Positions 12,772-26,930 are shown, counted from the first letter of the stretch. The stretch is 64,000 nt of DNA from Lama glama (GCA_028534125.1 CM052816.1:90212001-90276000), one strand, 5' to 3'. The notes: generated by a model not told the origin, from the sequence alone. Numbers and translations: made by a program.

Positions 12772-13254
12772 GGACCAATGAAATATTTCCCACCTATCAG
12801 CTTGGCCAAGATTACATCAAGTATTGACAAAGATGTGAGAAACAGGAACATAAACACAACGAGCATGTTGGTAGGAGTGTTAGCTGATATGGCGACCCCA
12901 CAGAAAGCAATTAGTCTCCATCCGTTTAGGCTGAACATGTGCATATCTTTGGACCCACAGATTCAACTTCTAGGTATCTGTCCTAGAGATGAGCGCTCAT
13001 GGAGACAAGTCGAAAAATATTTTTTTATTTTGCAATAATTGTAAAGGTAATAAATGGACACAAACCTAATGATTACTCCTTAAAATGTAATGAAATAGTA
13101 AATGATTTAGTCACTTAATGGAATGTCAGGCAAGCGTTCTGACTGCTTCACATCTCATTTAATAATAATTATAAGAAGAAGATAAAAATATTTCACAGTT
13201 GTAAGCTCTTACTCTATAGAAGGCAATATTCTTGGTATTTAACTTACGTTAACT

Positions 13255-13545
13255 CTTTTCATCTCCATTACTCTTTGAAGTAGGAACAATAATTATCCTA
13301 ATTTAAAGATGAAAAAACCAAGACCAGTGGAGATGAAATAACTTACCCAAGGCCATCAGCAATGAAGACCCCAGGTTTGACCATTTATATTGTAGTTTAT
13401 GTGAAGGGTGCCCCATAGTTTTGAGCAGCATATAAGATGTGTTGTCCTATGTGGAGATCTTGGAGGTGAATACGGTTTATCAGTATTAGAATTTGGACTC
13501 TGACCCAAGTAGTGTGGCTCCAGAATACGTGCTCTTAATTGCCAA
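13255..13545 (-). mobile_element. MIR SINE in two pieces
   Basis: 'attatcctaatttaaagatgaaaaaaccaagaccagtggagatgaaataacttacccaaggcca' and, further on, 'agaatttggactctgacccaagtagtgtggctccagaatacgtgctcttaa'. Confidence 0.7.
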
Positions 13546-13579
13546 ACTAATATTGCTTGGGTTTTCAATTAGTAAGTCC

Positions 13580-13930
13580 CACTATATTCCAGGCACTGTG
13601 TGAATACCTAACAATGTCACTGATAGTGGATCAATAAGGACTTTGCCATGTTGAAATATGCAGTTTAGGGGCAGAGATTGGGCTAAATATTCAGTCAGAG
13701 CATAATGTGATGATGTACAGAAAAAGATGCACTGGGTATTATGGAAATGCATGGTATTATGGAGATGCATGGCAGGCGACCCCGGTTTAGGCACAAGTGG
13801 AGGGATTGAGGAAAGCCTAAAACAAAAGACAGGAAAACAGTTCTAATAAGAAGGCAGGTTCACAGCAGATGAAAAACTGTACAGAAAGTCCCCATTTTTA
13901 GAGAGAGAGAGACCCATGAAGGCCTGAAGG
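13580..13930 (-). mobile_element. L2 LINE 3' fragment
   Basis: 'tattccaggcactgtg...' followed by a purine-rich antisense L2-like body. Confidence 0.5.
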
Positions 13931-15504
13931 ACCTTTCATAGGCTCTTTCTTCCTTCTGAATTGTGTTTCTTGTAGAATGTTTAATACCTATCCAACACCT
14001 TAATTTAAAAAAAAAAAAAAGTCCCATCAGATCTGATCCTTGCCTACGGAAGTCATGATGAACGGCACAGAATGTCAAAAGGAGATGCAAGACAGTCAAA
14101 GGGGTTGCTTTCTGAAGACACGCAGAGGGCCTGCAATCTCAAAGCTGGCCATCACCCAGGATTTTATTATTACTATTATTATTATTAGAAATGTTTTAAA
14201 CCAAGTCCTAATTGCTTTTTCCATCACTAGACTTGAAATAATGTGTGAGTGTGGAGGTGAGGGGTGGTAATTTCACAAAGAAATAAAGAACTTTTTCTTC
14301 TGTTTCACAGAGAAAAAAAGCTTATTTGGAGAAAATGCGGCATGTGCGACAAATATGCTGCGTGGTCAGCCAAGCACACCCTCATATATCTATCCAGCAA
14401 AATTATGAAGGAATACAGAAAATCAACAATGTCACTAGTATTAAGTGAGGAATTAAAAGCCCCAAGTGCATGCTTAGCATGCACGAGGTCTTGGTAACTC
14501 CATTATAAATAAATGAATAAATAAACCCAAAAGTACCAAATGTTAAAACTATAAATATCAAAGAGGCTATTGAACATTATTTGGGACTTTCAGAAGAAAA
14601 CTATCTTGTTCCAAATAAGATGATAAATAAAAATCTGAAATTGTTTCACAAGAAAAGCCAAAGAATATTTTCTAACTGTGAGAAATTAATTTTTTATTGT
14701 CTGAGTGTTAGTGTTGAACAACATTCCAAAAACATATGCAAAATTATATCACTGCATATATTTGTCTTGGGAGGGAGTTTGTTTGTTTGTTTGCTTGTTT
14801 GTTTCTTTAACAATGGATGTTGGAAAAAAGCAATCTAAAGCTTCAGGGTTGTGATTTTCTTCCATTGCTTAGCAACACGTTCAAATATAGATCTGCAGAA
14901 GCAAAATTAGTGACCTTTCTTTTGTGCCTGCCTCTAATGTGTATAAAGGATCTTTGATTATTTCAGCATTGTTCAAAACTTTGGAGGACACTCTAGACAC
15001 AGGCATTGCAGTGTACTATTTCTCAGTGTATTTTACATAAGCCAATAAGGCTGCTGTCTTTTAGGGAAAAAAAACAGTAGTTACATATTAAAATTAGCAT
15101 CCTTAAATACTATTTTAGTAATATTTATGACTTTGAGAATGTGATTATTATACTCTGCAATGTGAGAGGTAAAGCCACAATATGAATTCTTAAGAAAAAA
15201 AATGTGTTAATGGTATTCTATTATGATATGTGACTATGTTAGTCAAGGGCTTTCCCAGAAAAATGAAGTATCAGAGAAGAGTCTTGGTTACAAGATGGGT
15301 AATTTGATAAATAGTTTTTTACCTGAGAAAGTCAGCTGCTATTTTATACACAGCTGGTTGTAAAGAGGATTAATCCCTACAGGAGCCATTTATCAATATC
15401 TTGCAAAGTTAAGACACATACAACCTACAACCCAGCGAACACAGCTTCCATATATATCCTAGAGATACAAGTGTACTAGGAAATATATGGCAAAAGTTTG
15501 TAGT

Positions 15505-15800
15505 TGCTTCACTCGTTTTCTATCACTGTGTAACAAATCACCACAAACTCAGTGCCTTAAGTTAATACAGATTGATTATGTTGCAATTTCCATGGATCAG
15601 AAGATGGTTTCTCTGCTCAGGGTCTCCCAAGTCTCAAATCCCAGCCTTGAATGGGACTGGAATTTCAACTCAGCCTGGGATTCCTCTTCCGAGCTCATTT
15701 AGATTGTCAGCACAAAGCAGTTTCTTGTGAATTTAGGCCTGGAGATCAGCTCCTAGCAGTCGCCCCTCTCTGTAGGCGGTTGACAACATTACTCTGTGAT
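15505..15800 (-). mobile_element. MLT1 (E-like) LTR fragment
   Basis: 'gttttctatcactgtgtaacaaatcaccacaaactcagtgccttaa...tctctgctcagggtctc' is antisense to the 12580-12771-type terminus. Confidence 0.75.
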
Positions 15801-16829
15801 CTGCCCTTCATGTTTATATGCTTCCAGAAAGAAAAGTCACTTACAATTTCCAACTACCAAATACACAGAAGAAATGAGAACTATAATTTCCCTCTCAGGT
15901 AGATCAGAGTCATTCCCTAATACACATCCTTTAACAGATTTCACATAATCAGCTTGGCTTGCCTTGCCTGGGTTCTGTGCAAACTAGTATGGCTAGAAAA
16001 GGAAGGCAGACAATGAGTAGGTAAGTGTTTATCTCACCTTGTAGCCTCCTTATAATCCCAAGAGGTTCACATTGCTGCCTGGACCCAGCTGTCTTTATAT
16101 TCTAATGGCAAAATTTCCACTGGGTCTGCATCAGCACTTGTGAGTAATTTTCAAATTAATCTCCAGTTAGGTTCAAATGTTTGTTTGGTTATCTTCTTGG
16201 TTACTTTGGATGTGCATACAAGACATTAATTTTATCATACTCTGAGAGATTCAGAGATAATTTTTAGATTGGTATGCATTCACAGAATTTTAAATACCCA
16301 GAAGCTAACTCAATCTTTTAAGATCTATAATTATCAAAATGACAGTTACACTAAACACATTTATTCCATACAAAAAACAGAGTGTAAACACTATGAATTT
16401 ACAGTAATTGACATCTTAGGGAAATCAAAACTGTCGAGAAGCTCAAATTATGATTTAACATGTAATATATAATTATCACTACTATTGGGTTTTTGTTTTT
16501 CTTTTCTTAAAAAGGAGACCCCTTATAAGTTAGAATCAAAACATGGTGCTATGTTTAAAATTCTGTGAATCATACGTGTGATTACTCTGTTTTTCATAAT
16601 ATGCAGTTTGTTAAATATCAGATATTATCGATGGAAAATAAACATTGGTGTTTCTCATCATTTTGTTTCTTAAGAGTTTACTCTACCCTCCTACATTATA
16701 GTGTTAAAGTAGCACATTTATATACTATAATTATTACAAGAACAGTCATCAAAATAGCATGTTTTATTATCTTGGTACATTCAGGCTGCTATAACAAAAA
16801 TACCATAGACTGGCTTACAAAGTAATAAT

Positions 16830-17320
16830 GGAGAGAAGTTTTTAGCTTTAAGTGTATATATTACAAAAGATGAAAAGTTGAATGATACATGCTTTTATTT
16901 CAAGAAACCACAAAAATCTAGCAAATTATCTCTAAAGAACTTAGAAAGAAGGAAATTAAATTAACAAGCAGAAATCAACAAAGTATAAAGTAGACATAAT
17001 GTAAAGAAAATAAACAAAGCCAAACACTGGTCCTTTGAAATGATTAATAAACTGATAAACCACTAGTAAGACTAATCACAGAGGAAAAAAGAAAGAAAAT
17101 ACAGAATAACAGCATTAGGAATGAAAAATGGGATCTCCTTAGGGATTCTTTGTTAAAAAGATAAGAGGATAGTGAGTCCAAAAATTTATTTTAAATTTAT
17201 AGGATAGTGTGCTCATTACTATAATTAATTAATTACTATAAATTTGACAACTTAGATAATACAGATAAATTTCTTGAAAAACATGATTTACCAAGCTGAA
17301 TGCAGGAAGAAATGTACATA
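16830..17320 (+). mobile_element. Old L1 ORF2 fragment, preceded by a short MLT1 end at ~16767-16820
   Basis: 'ataaacaaagccaaacactggtcctttgaaatgattaataaactgataaaccactagtaagactaatc' and 'ataaatttgacaacttagat'. Confidence 0.8.
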
Positions 17321-17329
17321 CACACTATT

Positions 17330-18850
17330 TTTTTGATCAAACATTTGAAAATAAGAGGTAGATATCATGATATTTCACCTCGAAATATTTTAGCACACAG
17401 CTCCTAAACTGGAACATTATTCTAAATCATCACATCATCACACTCAAGAGATTTCATATGTATTCAGAGAAGTTTTCAAATAAGTGTTGAATATTTTAGG
17501 TAGTGTTATGTTTAAAACAACTCACAATCAAACTTTTTCATTGATCACAAAATTTCTCCTTTTCAGCTTTTTTCCCGCACAAATTACATTTAGTTTTTAT
17601 GCCGAATCTCTTTTGATTTAGAACAGATTGCCTCACTTTATTTTTATTTTCCATGACACTGATATTTTCAAGTGCTCAGGCAATCTTTCTTGTAGACTAT
17701 CCCACATTCTGGGATCTTTCCACATAAAATATCTCAGGTTGAATGTTTTTGGTGTGCTGCACATGGGTGACAATCTTCAACATCCTGTTTCACATTGCTT
17801 CACTCTGTGAGGCATAGGTGTCAACAAGTCACATATTTTGATGCTGAGTTGGTGACAAATTTGATCTGCCAAATTTCATTTTTGCAGAGGTCTCTTTCAC
17901 TTTGGAGTTATTAAATAATCTGTAAGGTGACATTTTCAGGCTCTATGAATATCCTGTTCTTCATCAAATTTTCACCCAATGATCACCCAATTTTAGCATC
18001 CACTGATGAACCCTGCCTGAATTAATTAACACAAAGGTGCTTGCAAGATGGTAAGTAAAAACAAACATTATTCCTTCTACCTACATTAACTAGCTTTCTC
18101 TTCTCACCAACCTCCCTCTTTGATTAACATATAGAATGTATGGATTCTTTGTTATTTAATGTGTTAAAATTCATTTACCATCATTATTCTTTTTGATGCT
18201 CAAGTTAGATGCTCAGTGTGGAAGCACATTCAAACTAAGTCTGTGTTGTTGTTGTCATTGTTGTTTTTAATATGCCCCCATCATTCTTTGAACATCTCTT
18301 GTTTTCTGGTATGACAAGATATCCTGGGCACACCTCATTATTTATTTGTCCTATATGTGGAATCCAGTGCTTCTCTAAGGTGACTGGATCCTGTTAGTGG
18401 CACCAGGAGTTCAGAAAACTCACTCTTGTCTAGATCTGATTATGTGGTTGCTACAGTGGTTACTGCTTACAGGCTCTGGAGATGAGAAATATGTTGCTCT
18501 AAAATCCATGCATTCACACTGATCTCTCCAACTGAAATCCAACACCATGGGTTTCTTCAACTTCATCCACTCTATTTACACATCCTTCTCCCACAGCAAG
18601 AGCCCTGACTTCAAACATCAAAATGTGTATTCATTTTCCCCAACTACATCATACACAAGCTTCTTTTGTAATTTCTGCATAAATACCACCAACATCTCAA
18701 GCCTATTAATTGTTCAAGAATTCCTTGCCATTCTTTTTGCCCTTTGATTATATTCTAACAAAGGTGTAAAATTAACATAGCATAGTCAGTTGTTTCTGTA
18801 TTAATTTAATTTTCTGTGTGTGTCTATTATCTATTTGATATAGGGCTAAG
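17330..18850 (-). mobile_element. L1MC-like long 3'-UTR remnant
   Basis: 'catttgaaaataagaggtagatatcatgatatttcacctcgaaatattttagc', 'ttttagcatccactgatga', 'ttttctggtatgacaagatatcctgggcacacctc' resemble the antisense L1MC4/5 3' UTR. Confidence 0.7.
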
Positions 18851-21369
18851 GTAAATGTATTGAAGGAGAAAGAAATAATCTTCTATGTTTAGGTCACTGT
18901 TGTTTGGAAGTTTTCTCTTAGGGTTCAATTTAAGCCTAAATAGTTCACACTAGTTGTACTTCTAAATAATTGCACAATTCATATAATTTATAGTGTAATG
19001 TATATCACTATAAATCTATGTAACTAATTTTTATAAACAATAAAAAGCAGCATGTTTACTTCTGTTTTCCTAAGAGTTAGCTAATCAGATATTTTCTTTG
19101 AATATCTCCTTCACTTCCCAGAATCCTCAGAGGAGATATGTGTGTTTTAAACAGCACTTTTCCCCCATTTATTTTGACCTACCTCTAAGAGAATTAAAGC
19201 CTATACAATTTTTAAACAACCTATAGAAGGAGCATCCTTAAAATTAAGAAGTAATAAATAGAATCAGAGAAACTGGGAATATAACATGAGAAAAAAAATG
19301 AAGAGAATTTCCAGAACGGCATCCTGGTAGCATGCCTTGAAAGCAGTCAGCACTAACACACAATCAAAGCATGGAGATAAAGGTTATATGGGAAGATATT
19401 GCCAGGCAATAAAAAGGATCAGATATATTGCCAGACAAGTTATTGGAATTTTTTTTTTTGAGAATCAAATTACAGTGGGGGTGACAGAAAGGGTAGAAAG
19501 ACTTATCCAAAGATTGAAGGAAATTGAAAGGTTTCATAACATAAAGTCCTAAAGGAAAGAAAATATACAATCATACTGCTTTCACCTATTATAATAATAA
19601 TGAACATTTTGAGCAATATTTTAACATTAAATGGGCATATAAATTTATTAGGAGAAAGGAGAGTAGTTTAAGTTTTAAAACCCTTACCTAACATCAAAAA
19701 AGTCAATAATGTTCACAACTCATAAATCTGGATTTTGTATTATATATGTAATACTTTGAAAAGTGAAGTTACATATGGGCCAAAAAAAAAATCCCTCAAT
19801 GTGTTTAGAGTCCTTTCTCACGAAAATCAAGCTTTAGATTGCTGTATTAAGAACCCTTTAAAAACCATGCCTCCATTTTAATGGTTGGAGTTTAATTTTT
19901 AAACTAATTTTTAGAGACGAGATTCTCTACCTCCCTTCCATATGCTTTCTTTCCTTTCTGTTTTGCTTTGCTATAGTTGTAATCCAGTGGCACAGTCATG
20001 GCTATTTCAAGCATCATTCACATGAACATTGTTCTCATACGCCACACATGTGAAGTAGCTTTGACATACTTCTTACATAATATGTAACCTACTTGTCTTA
20101 TGCTTTGAGCTAGAGACTGTGATTGGTTTCAGGAGATTGTCTCAATTTGAATCCCCAGTGTACAATGCGAGGAGGAAAAAGAGTGGATGGCTGAGTTGGG
20201 TAGCTGTCAGCCTTCATGGAATATTGGGTACACATTCAACTCTGAAATTTTGTGAACTATGCTCATTCCTCCTGGTTAAAGTTTTGTTTCTCCCATGTTA
20301 GACTATATTTGGACCTCAAATTGTTCCTGCAAATCAGTAGGAAGCCCTGGAAAGCTATGATCCCCTGGCAGTCCTCTTTTCTCTTGAAGGATGTCGATGC
20401 TGATTATAAACTTGTTCTCCAGCAATTGCCACTAGGCTAGTCCCCTGGCTCTTTCACTCTGCGACTTGCCTCTGTTCAAACAGAAGGTTTAGGAAACAGT
20501 ATGAAATTTAATTCACTAACTTTATCTTCTATCACCTCTGGGAGGTGGAGACGGGATGAGAAGTTGTACCATAAAATACTTGAATGTTCTGGGTTTTGGG
20601 GGTTTTTTTCCCCCATGGCTGCCACTATTAAAAGTGTGTGAAGTGATGACTGAAGATGTATCCTTTCTCCTTTTGTTTTTATTGTTGTGTGCTTTTTCTT
20701 TTCCTTTTTATTTCTAGATTTAACTATTTATAATTGCTCTGTTAAATTCAGAAATAAACTCATCACTGTTCTTTAATCTTTCTGTAGAAATTCAACATAT
20801 TTTTAAGAATTTAAAGTACTAAAGAAAGTATTTTTAAGTAACTTGAAGTTAACACAAGTTATGATTAGTAATATATTCATTACAGATGGAAGGAATTTTC
20901 TCCCTAGCTAAGGTTGGAATTACGGTTGGTTCGGTTCAGTCTTAGTTGGGATGATTGCTTAGTTTATTCAGATTCAGAGGTAGTTAATCATTAAAGTGGA
21001 CAGAATTAATAAACTCATTAGAAATATCCATGAGAACAAGTATCGTCCAGGACGCAATAAGGTATATAATCATTCAAAGTTTAGTGGAGCATATGCAGGT
21101 GGTTTTCAGATACTCCTGAGTATGTCTAAGTAATTGTGGTCATGCCAGCATGATTTCCTGCAATACTCTTACTGCTCACTCTACCAAATTACCCAGAATT
21201 ATGACCCGAAAGTACAGCTCCAGAGGTCAAAGGTGCTGTGACATATCTAATTCAGTGTTTTTAGTTTTGTAGTCTCTTTTCTGAATAAGTGGACCTCAAA
21301 TTTCTCTCACTTTTACTTTTTACAAAACCTGGAACTGTCCTTAAGTGTAGCCTAATTGTTTTGTTCTTG

Positions 21370-21575
21370 GTCCTAATTCCAAATCCAATTTTGCAGTATA
21401 TTGCCCATATAAACCTGGACAGCATGCTCAGTCCACCTAAGGTTCAATTTTCTCATCTGCAAAATGAAGATCAAATTAACTACCACGTGGGATTACTGTG
21501 TGGGTTAAGGACTTTTAATGCTTTGATCAATGTCTAGCAATATTAAACAACCAAAAAAATTAAAGTTATTTTAAC
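21370..21575 (+). mobile_element. MIR SINE
   Basis: Core 'ggttcaattttctcatctgcaaaatgaaga...taccacgtgggattactgtgtgggttaa'. Confidence 0.65.
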
Positions 21576-21659
21576 TATTGCTAAACAAATACAGACAACA
21601 CTAGTACATATGATGACTGATCCTAACCTCGCGTTCTTTCACCAGGACATCCTACTTAC

Positions 21660-21675
21660 AGTTGAAAAGTCCATA
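21660..21675 (-). other. Candidate 16-nt micro-exon (unverified)
   Basis: Strong acceptor 'ttaatatctcccttttctcttccttcctag', exon TATGGACTTTTCAACT, donor |gtaagtag. Confidence 0.25.
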
Positions 21676-23151
21676 CTAGGAAGGAAGAGAAAAGGGAGAT
21701 ATTAACAGACTAGTCAAATCCATCAGCTACAGTCTTTCTTCCTGGCTGCTGATTAGTTCCTTCTGCTATGCTACGGTTTCTTCAAGACTTTGAAAAGAGC
21801 CACTTTCCTATGCACTAAAGTTTCGTCACTTTTGTCAAGGAAAGACTTTAGAGTCTCATCTAACACCGACCAAGGATAAACCGTGTTGCCTTGGATATGT
21901 AAAAAATGTCTATTCCAGCTCATACATAGTCTCAGGCTATTTGTCTTACTTTAATTAGTGAGTCTAGAAGAAAAGTTTTTTATTAATAAAATTAGCATAC
22001 AGAAATAGATTTGCTTATTTGTTTTCCCTGGCTGAGACAGGGTCAAAGATCTGAAAAAATTTAGAAAAGAATTTCCTATCCTGTTGCATTATTTATTCTC
22101 TCTTCAGTGATTTTATAATGAAAAAAACCCCATAATATTGTAGAAGTCCATTAGCCCATTAAAAGCTTTGAAGTTCCAATTATAAAATAAATCATTCATT
22201 TCCTGTAAGTGGACTTTCAATACAATGTTGGCTTTCAAATTTTCAGTTACATGCAGAATGTTTATTGTGTATTTTCTTTCAGTGAGACCAATTTGAATTT
22301 TGGCAATTATGTGAGAATTTGCAGCCTTAAAACCTGGCAGAGAGCTAGTTCTAAATATGTGTTGAATGAATGATTTAATGACTGGATGAAAAAATAAATG
22401 GAATAAATTGTTTCAGATAAAGTTTCCATAAAATTGTATAAAATGAAAATTTAGCTTTCCCACACTGTTCTGTGAAATATTTGGTTCAGATTTGCTTTCC
22501 TGCTCCCATTTTACAAAATATTTTAGACCTATTTTTATTCTAAGAGGAAATTATGCAAATAACACTTAATCGCTCTATAAAACAGTTCTGAATGAAGTGT
22601 TTCCAGTTATTCACAATTAGTTTGATAGCTAAGGTTATTAAACTAGTTTTCATGCTTATTTCCTCTTGTTAGTTCATTCATTCATTTGTAATTTTTGAGG
22701 TTTTCATAGTAATTGTAGAGGAGGAAAATTATTTATAATATATTGAAATACTCTTAGATAAAATAATTTCTTACTGCTTTCCATATTTGCCTCAAATACA
22801 GACATACAAATAAAACCTCTATGAATAATTTTAATCAGTGCCATTTAAAGCACAAATACCTAATTCAGAGAAGTTTGGGTTTAAAAAAAGGAAGAATAAT
22901 TTGTCCTTTATTTTCTTAACCTTATGGCATTTTATCAGTTTAGCCATAAATTATAGCACCTAGATCTCTGTATTATAATTGCCCTTTCATTTATATAAAT
23001 TGAGATTTCCCATAACCTTTATAGAGAAAATAAAAATAAATAATTTGTACTCTTGGTAAATAATGTTTCTGATTATGCTAAGGTTATTTCATCTTTTTTT
23101 TCCTATTGCATCTTTCCACATCAACACACACATAAGCATGCACATTTATGC

Positions 23152-23155
<4 letters not shown>

Positions 23156-23193
<38 letters not shown>
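23156..23193. repeat. (CA)n microsatellite
   Basis: Perfect CA run. Confidence 0.95.
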
Positions 23194-23196
<3 letters not shown>

Positions 23197-23703
23197 ATTT
23201 GGACCAAGAAACTCCCTTTCCATTTTCAAAATTTAAATTTTCCAGTCATATGTATACTTTCCTTAGGTAAGCCTTCTTTATAAATATACTATTTATGCAC
23301 AGGTGCTGGGGTATTAACTTGCTTAGGTAACATTTTATTTAAATACATTTTACTAGAGTTTCAAGAGAGGGTAAACCTCGATAAATATTTAAGTCATTCG
23401 GGGAGTGTCTCAGCCCTCAAAGTATTTGAAATGTATGCCAATTAGATCTTCTCTTTTAAACCACACAGCTAAGAACGCTGGGGGAGTTGTCTGTCTGAAA
23501 TCTCAGCAGAAACCTAAGGTAGAGAAGGGCTTTCCCTGAAGGATTTGTTAATGTTGTCTTGACAAATGAGTAAAGTCAAGAGTCCTACAAAGTTTCTAAG
23601 ACAATTGCGTTGGCTTGGTCTGAAAAAAGTAGAAAGATCTCCAACAAAAATAGTTCTTAGAACCCCAAACTTCTATGGACAGGAAGCCGTCTAAGAAGCT
23701 TAC

Positions 23704-24065
23704 TGCCATAAACTAAACGTCTGCACCCCTCAAATGCATATGTTAAACCTAATGCCCAACACGATGGTATTTGGAGGTGGGACCTTGGGAGGTGATTAGG
23801 TCATGAAGGCAGAGCTCTCGTGAATGGGATTAGTGCCCTCATAAAAGAGACCCTAGAAGTTTCCCTTGCCACTTCCACTACATGAGGACACAGTAAGAAG
23901 ATTGTCACCTATGAATCAGGACGCAGGCCTTCACCAGACATGAAAGCTCCCTAGACCTTCGTCTTGGACTTTCCAGTCCCAAGGACTGTGAGAAATAAAT
24001 CTCTGTTGTTGACAACCCATCCAGTTTATAGCATTCTGTTATAGGAGTTTGAATGGACTGAGATA
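23704..24065 (+). mobile_element. MLT1A-like MaLR solo LTR, near full length
   Basis: 'gatggtatttggaggtgggaccttgggaggtgattaggtcatgaaggcagagctctcgtgaatgggattagtgccctcataaaagagaccc...ggactgtgagaaataaat'. Confidence 0.92.
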
Positions 24066-24810
24066 CTGATGAAGTAAAATTCCCATTTTTAAGGCCAAAA
24101 AAAAAAAATTAAATTGGGCCCTCCCAAACTTGCTCAATCATAAAGAGCAAATTTTCCTCTTCTGGTGCTAGGAAGGTAACTCCTTAGAAGATAGCATTAG
24201 TTTCTCAGTCCTGTAAGGGGTCGTGATAACCCACTATTCACCTTGTACGTGTAGTCATCTTTGTTGAACACTATGGACAAAGCCAGTATATCATTTCCCT
24301 TAAGCATGGCAATTGGTATGGAAGAGACTGGGTCAGATGACCTGAGGATATACTGGGCTACACCTAATGTAAGTTCTTAGTTTAAATACTCACTTATGAG
24401 ATTACTAATGTTACTGGCTAGATTACTTGTACTCTGTCTATTTTATAAGATTATTGTTTCTTATATTAACAAATGTGTGACTGAGCTTCTAATAAAAATA
24501 ATGATAACTAGGCAACTTGAAATAATTAACCAGATATAGAATTCAATAAAATCAATGAGAGTCACAGTGAAACTCTAGATATGGGAAGAAGCAACAAGAG
24601 GGAACAATTTTCTGGGCTGTAACAGACTGATAAGACAGGCAGTCCAGAGACTTTTGGCTACCCTTAACAAGGCTTCATCCAGGAAGAGCACGTTGAGTGA
24701 CCTGGCAATGAAATCTTCGCCTGACCTAGGAATGAGCATTTCTAGGGCTACAGCACAAATTTATCATGAAATGCCTCCCAAATCTTGGTCAAAATTAAGA
24801 CCTAAAGGGA

Positions 24811-25269
24811 TGAGACTGTGAAATAAAGAAAGTTGCCTGCCATCCGGTTTACAAGGATCAAGTCATTGGCCAAATTATTGACCTGGAATACACTCTGAAA
24901 GAAATTCAAGGTGAAAATCAGAATGAGGCACTTTGTGCTATGAGAAAACTGGCAGAACTGGCTCTCAGATAGTTAGATATTTTCAGGACAAACTTTTATA
25001 ACCCAGTTTCTTGAATCATCCCATACTTAGAAAACCATTAAATAAGATATCCATTCTTTGCAAATAAAGGAGGCCTTCTACTGAGATGAATTATTGACTG
25101 CATGTCTCCCTTTCCCAAAAACCACATATATACTGGCTTCCCCTCTTATCTCTTCAGAACAGTCCTCAGAGCTTTCTGAAAAACTATTTCCTGGGTTATA
25201 AACCTTAGGTTGGCTAGAATAAAATTCTTTATTTCTCTCTTAGATTGGTTATTAATTTTTTTGTTGATA
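24811..25269 (+). mobile_element. ERV1-class solo LTR (artiodactyl type)
   Basis: TATA-like 'catatatactgg', R region 'cagaacagtcctcagagctttctga...cctgggttata', AATAAA at ~25218 and a T-rich U5 ending 'ttgttgata'. The 5' boundary is uncertain. Confidence 0.6.
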
Positions 25270-25920
25270 ATACCTATTCATCTATAAAATATCATTTAGG
25301 AAAGAAGAATGACTTAAGAGCTGAGACGATGTAACCCTAGAGGGTGAAGACAAGAGATATGGAGAATTATTACTAGAGACCAGAAGGACTGAGTTCTAAT
25401 CAAGAAAGTGCAAAGAAATGCCCAGCAAGTTTTCAAAAGCACCATGGAATAGCCACTCCTGTGTACCTCTTGTGTTCCCCATTTTTGAATGAGAATATCC
25501 ATAGTCATGATCCTATTCTTATCCAACCATTATCTGTTGGGTTTTTGACACAAGGGGAGGCAGATACTTTATCTGTTTCACTTATGCCTTTCAATCTAAA
25601 GGGGCTGCACTTGAGAAACTGTACTGTAGGACACACACCTCCACCCCTGGTCTAATTTAGATGATGAGAAAACAGAAGCAGTTAAAAATATCTGCTCTAA
25701 TTTGCAGATCACATTGCAAAGAAGAAAAAGAGAGTTGTATGATATACCCATTAAAAACTAGCAAGGTTATTTACTCTATGCACAATAACTATTTTCATAT
25801 TTTCTTTCCAAGAAGTCTAACATGCTAATATTCCAGATATATAATTATACATGAAGAATTTCTAGTCAGTTGTTATAATAACATACACGTTCTCAGAACT
25901 AAGTTGTTTCCTTTCTTATT

Positions 25921-26073
25921 TCTCTTTTTTCGGTTGGTTGGCTTATTTGTTTTTGGGTGGGGAGGTAATTAGGTGTATTTATTTCTTTATTTTGAGAGAA
26001 GGTACTGTGGATAGAACCCAGGATCTTGTGCCCACTGAGCATGCACTCTACTACTTGAGCTATACCCTCCCCC
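25921..26073 (-). mobile_element. tRNA-derived SINE (camelid Vic-1-like)
   Basis: Reverse complement reads GGGGGAGGGTATAGCTCAAGTAGTAGAGTGCATGCTCAG...CCTGGGTTCTATCC plus an A-rich tail. Target-site duplication tgtttcc(t/c)ttcttatt at 25905-25920 and 26076-26091. Confidence 0.92.
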
Positions 26074-26699
26074 ACTGTTTCCCTTCTTATTATAAAATCA
26101 TTTCTTAGTAATCTACATTGATCATTAGTGTTAGTAAAATGCTTTGTTCATGTTAGCTCACTATCTTCCCCTTAAAAATCTCTATAACCTTTAAAAGAGT
26201 CTATCATATCTTTATATATTTGTCAAAACTAAGAAATCATACAGAAAAGAATATGGGCATAGTCCAATTACAGATCATTGTAAAGGTCAGCAAGATATCA
26301 ATATTACAAGGTTGTCTGTGAAATCTCATGACAACTTTTAGCCAAGAGTTCAGTTTCATTGTTGGGCTCCCAACATAGAGGAACCTCCCACAAGAGTAAG
26401 TGTGACATCCTTCACGTGGGTAAAGAATGTTGGTTTTGACTGTCCTTCGACAACATACTTCCTTTCCATGTCCAGTGAGAGAGAGGGAGAAATTTAAGCC
26501 CAGAAGGAGTATCTTCTCTTTAGGATTTTTCTTCCCAGTGAAACTGATTGGACTATTCAAAGTCAGAACCAATCTCTGTACTGCTAAGAGTCTCTAGTGG
26601 AATGTTTTATCCCTAATGGTTGAAAACTGGGTTTGTGTTCCAATCTTTGGCAAGTCCTTACTAAAACTGGTTTTAGAAAATTAGAGCACATCTTTGCAG

Positions 26700-26930
26700 C
26701 TGGAGTGGGCAGCAGTTACATTGACCTTGGCTCTCCTTGGGTTAGAACCGCAGTTTTGTTACTTGTTACCTGTGAAATCGTGGTAGATTACTTCAACCTC
26801 TCAGTAGATTAGAGAGAACCATAGTATCTCATAGAGTTTGTGAGGTTTAACTACATTTATAGTGCATGAAACTGACCTGGCACACATCAGAGCTCCATAG
26901 CATCGCTATTACAATGAAGTTTTTTTATTA
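26700..26930 (+). mobile_element. MIR SINE
   Basis: 'ttacttgttacctgtgaaatcgtggtagattacttcaacctctc...gtatctcatagagtttgtgaggtttaa...cctggcacacatcagagctc'. Confidence 0.65.

Larger units (their letters stand above)
10262..13130 (+). mobile_element. Ancient L1 (L1M-class) ORF2 to 3' region, fragmented and interrupted by two MaLR LTRs
   Basis: A-rich strand with L1 ORF2 landmarks in collinear order ('aaattgattcaagaagaaacagaaaat', 'gaaaatttcagccaatttcacttatgagc', 'ataaaggcttgaaagaaac', 'gacccacagattcaacttctaggtatctgtcctagaga'). Confidence 0.8.

Noticed and set aside
14056..14080. MNGTE peptide resembling the rhodopsin N-terminus (ORF 14040..14270)
   Set aside because: The similarity ends after five residues and there are no transmembrane opsin motifs; a chance match.
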